A DNA stretch of 64,000 nucleotides, taken from the NCBI GenBank assembly GCA_037447605.1, contig CM074805.1:3319361-3383360 (forward strand), in the 5' to 3' direction. Origin of the DNA: Zygnema circumcarinatum SAG 698-1b. Its lineage: Eukaryota; Plantae; Zygnematophyceae. The notes beneath the pieces were generated by a model. It had not been told where the DNA came from, searched no databases, and saw nothing but the letters and a program-made list of their open reading frames with translations. Position 1 is the first letter of the stretch. Each line of letters opens with the position of its first letter. Below, piece after piece: positions 63,544 to 64,000 of this stretch. The translations under genes and the position numbers were made by a program.

Positions 63544-64000
63544 TCAGCCAATGTGGGGGGGAGGAACGGCTGACGTGGCGGCGCGAATGTCGATCCAGTG
63601 TGAACGCCAGCGCCGGGCGTTCCCACTAGAGTCAAGGCCTTCCGAAATGATGGCCCAGCCTGGAACCTCGGACGGACCGACACAAATGAAAAGGCCCAAC
63701 CAGGGAAAAGCCCGTTGAGTTGTTTTGGCAAGATTCCTGAGCCAAATAAGCTGACGTGGCGCGACCTGATTGGGCGGGAGAGCAGCGCGTCGGCGCCTCC
63801 CAAAGTCGGTGAGTTGGCGTCTGTGCGCGCGTTCGAGTTGATGGGAGGCCATGGAATCTAGGGTTTGGAAGCGTAGGGCCAGGAGCTGAAGCTGCGTTAC
63901 CCGATCCGGGGGAGGCGCATCATCGTAGAAGAGGGGTTCAGCAGAGAGGAGGTCAAGGGGAATGCGGGGCTTACGTCCATAGAGGAGCTCGTAGGGAGAG
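63544..64000 (-). mobile_element. 3' end of Ty3/gypsy-type retrotransposon pol (integrase C-terminus), continuing beyond the window
   Basis: The open frame from 63999 reads SPYELLYGRKPRIPLD, typical of the end of the gypsy integrase core, then QLIWLRN..FPWLGLFICV (degenerate GPY/F module), stopping at 63544. LTR and PPT were not identified. Confidence 0.65.

Noticed and set aside
62813-63803. 126-aa and 196-aa ORFs as a possible env-like or extra retroelement gene
   Set aside because: Low-complexity translations of compositionally skewed DNA with no conserved motif.

Overview
Gene-dense, intron-rich eukaryotic nuclear DNA from a green plant. The lineage is probably a streptophyte alga or early-diverging land plant; this is an inference from gene content, not verified. 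I reconstructed 12 spliced protein-coding genes by hand: a SPARK-like Cys-rich/Pro-rich GPI-anchored protein (+), a NUDX14-type Nudix hydrolase (-), plastid enolase (-), a plant-type subtilase with a long extensin-like tail (+), an aminotransferase class IV-like protein (+), a small conserved plant protein of unknown function (-), a SCAR/WAVE-like protein with a ~5.6 kb exon (-), an AGD14/NIG-type ArfGAP (-), a GRF zinc finger/zinc-knuckle protein (+), a METTL21-like methyltransferase (-), a Uup/YfmR-type ABC-F ATPase (+) and Elongin C (-). The right end holds a nest of TA-flanked Tc1/mariner-like MITEs packed with GTAC motifs, an assembly gap, and the 3' end of a Ty3/gypsy integrase. Most long ORFs in GC-rich promoter islands in the supplied track are low-complexity artefacts. 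No rRNA, tRNA or CRISPR array was recognised. Two 10-N gaps (16926-16935, 61540-61549) limit certainty. All family calls come from motif recognition; no database searches were run, and motif counts were made by eye.
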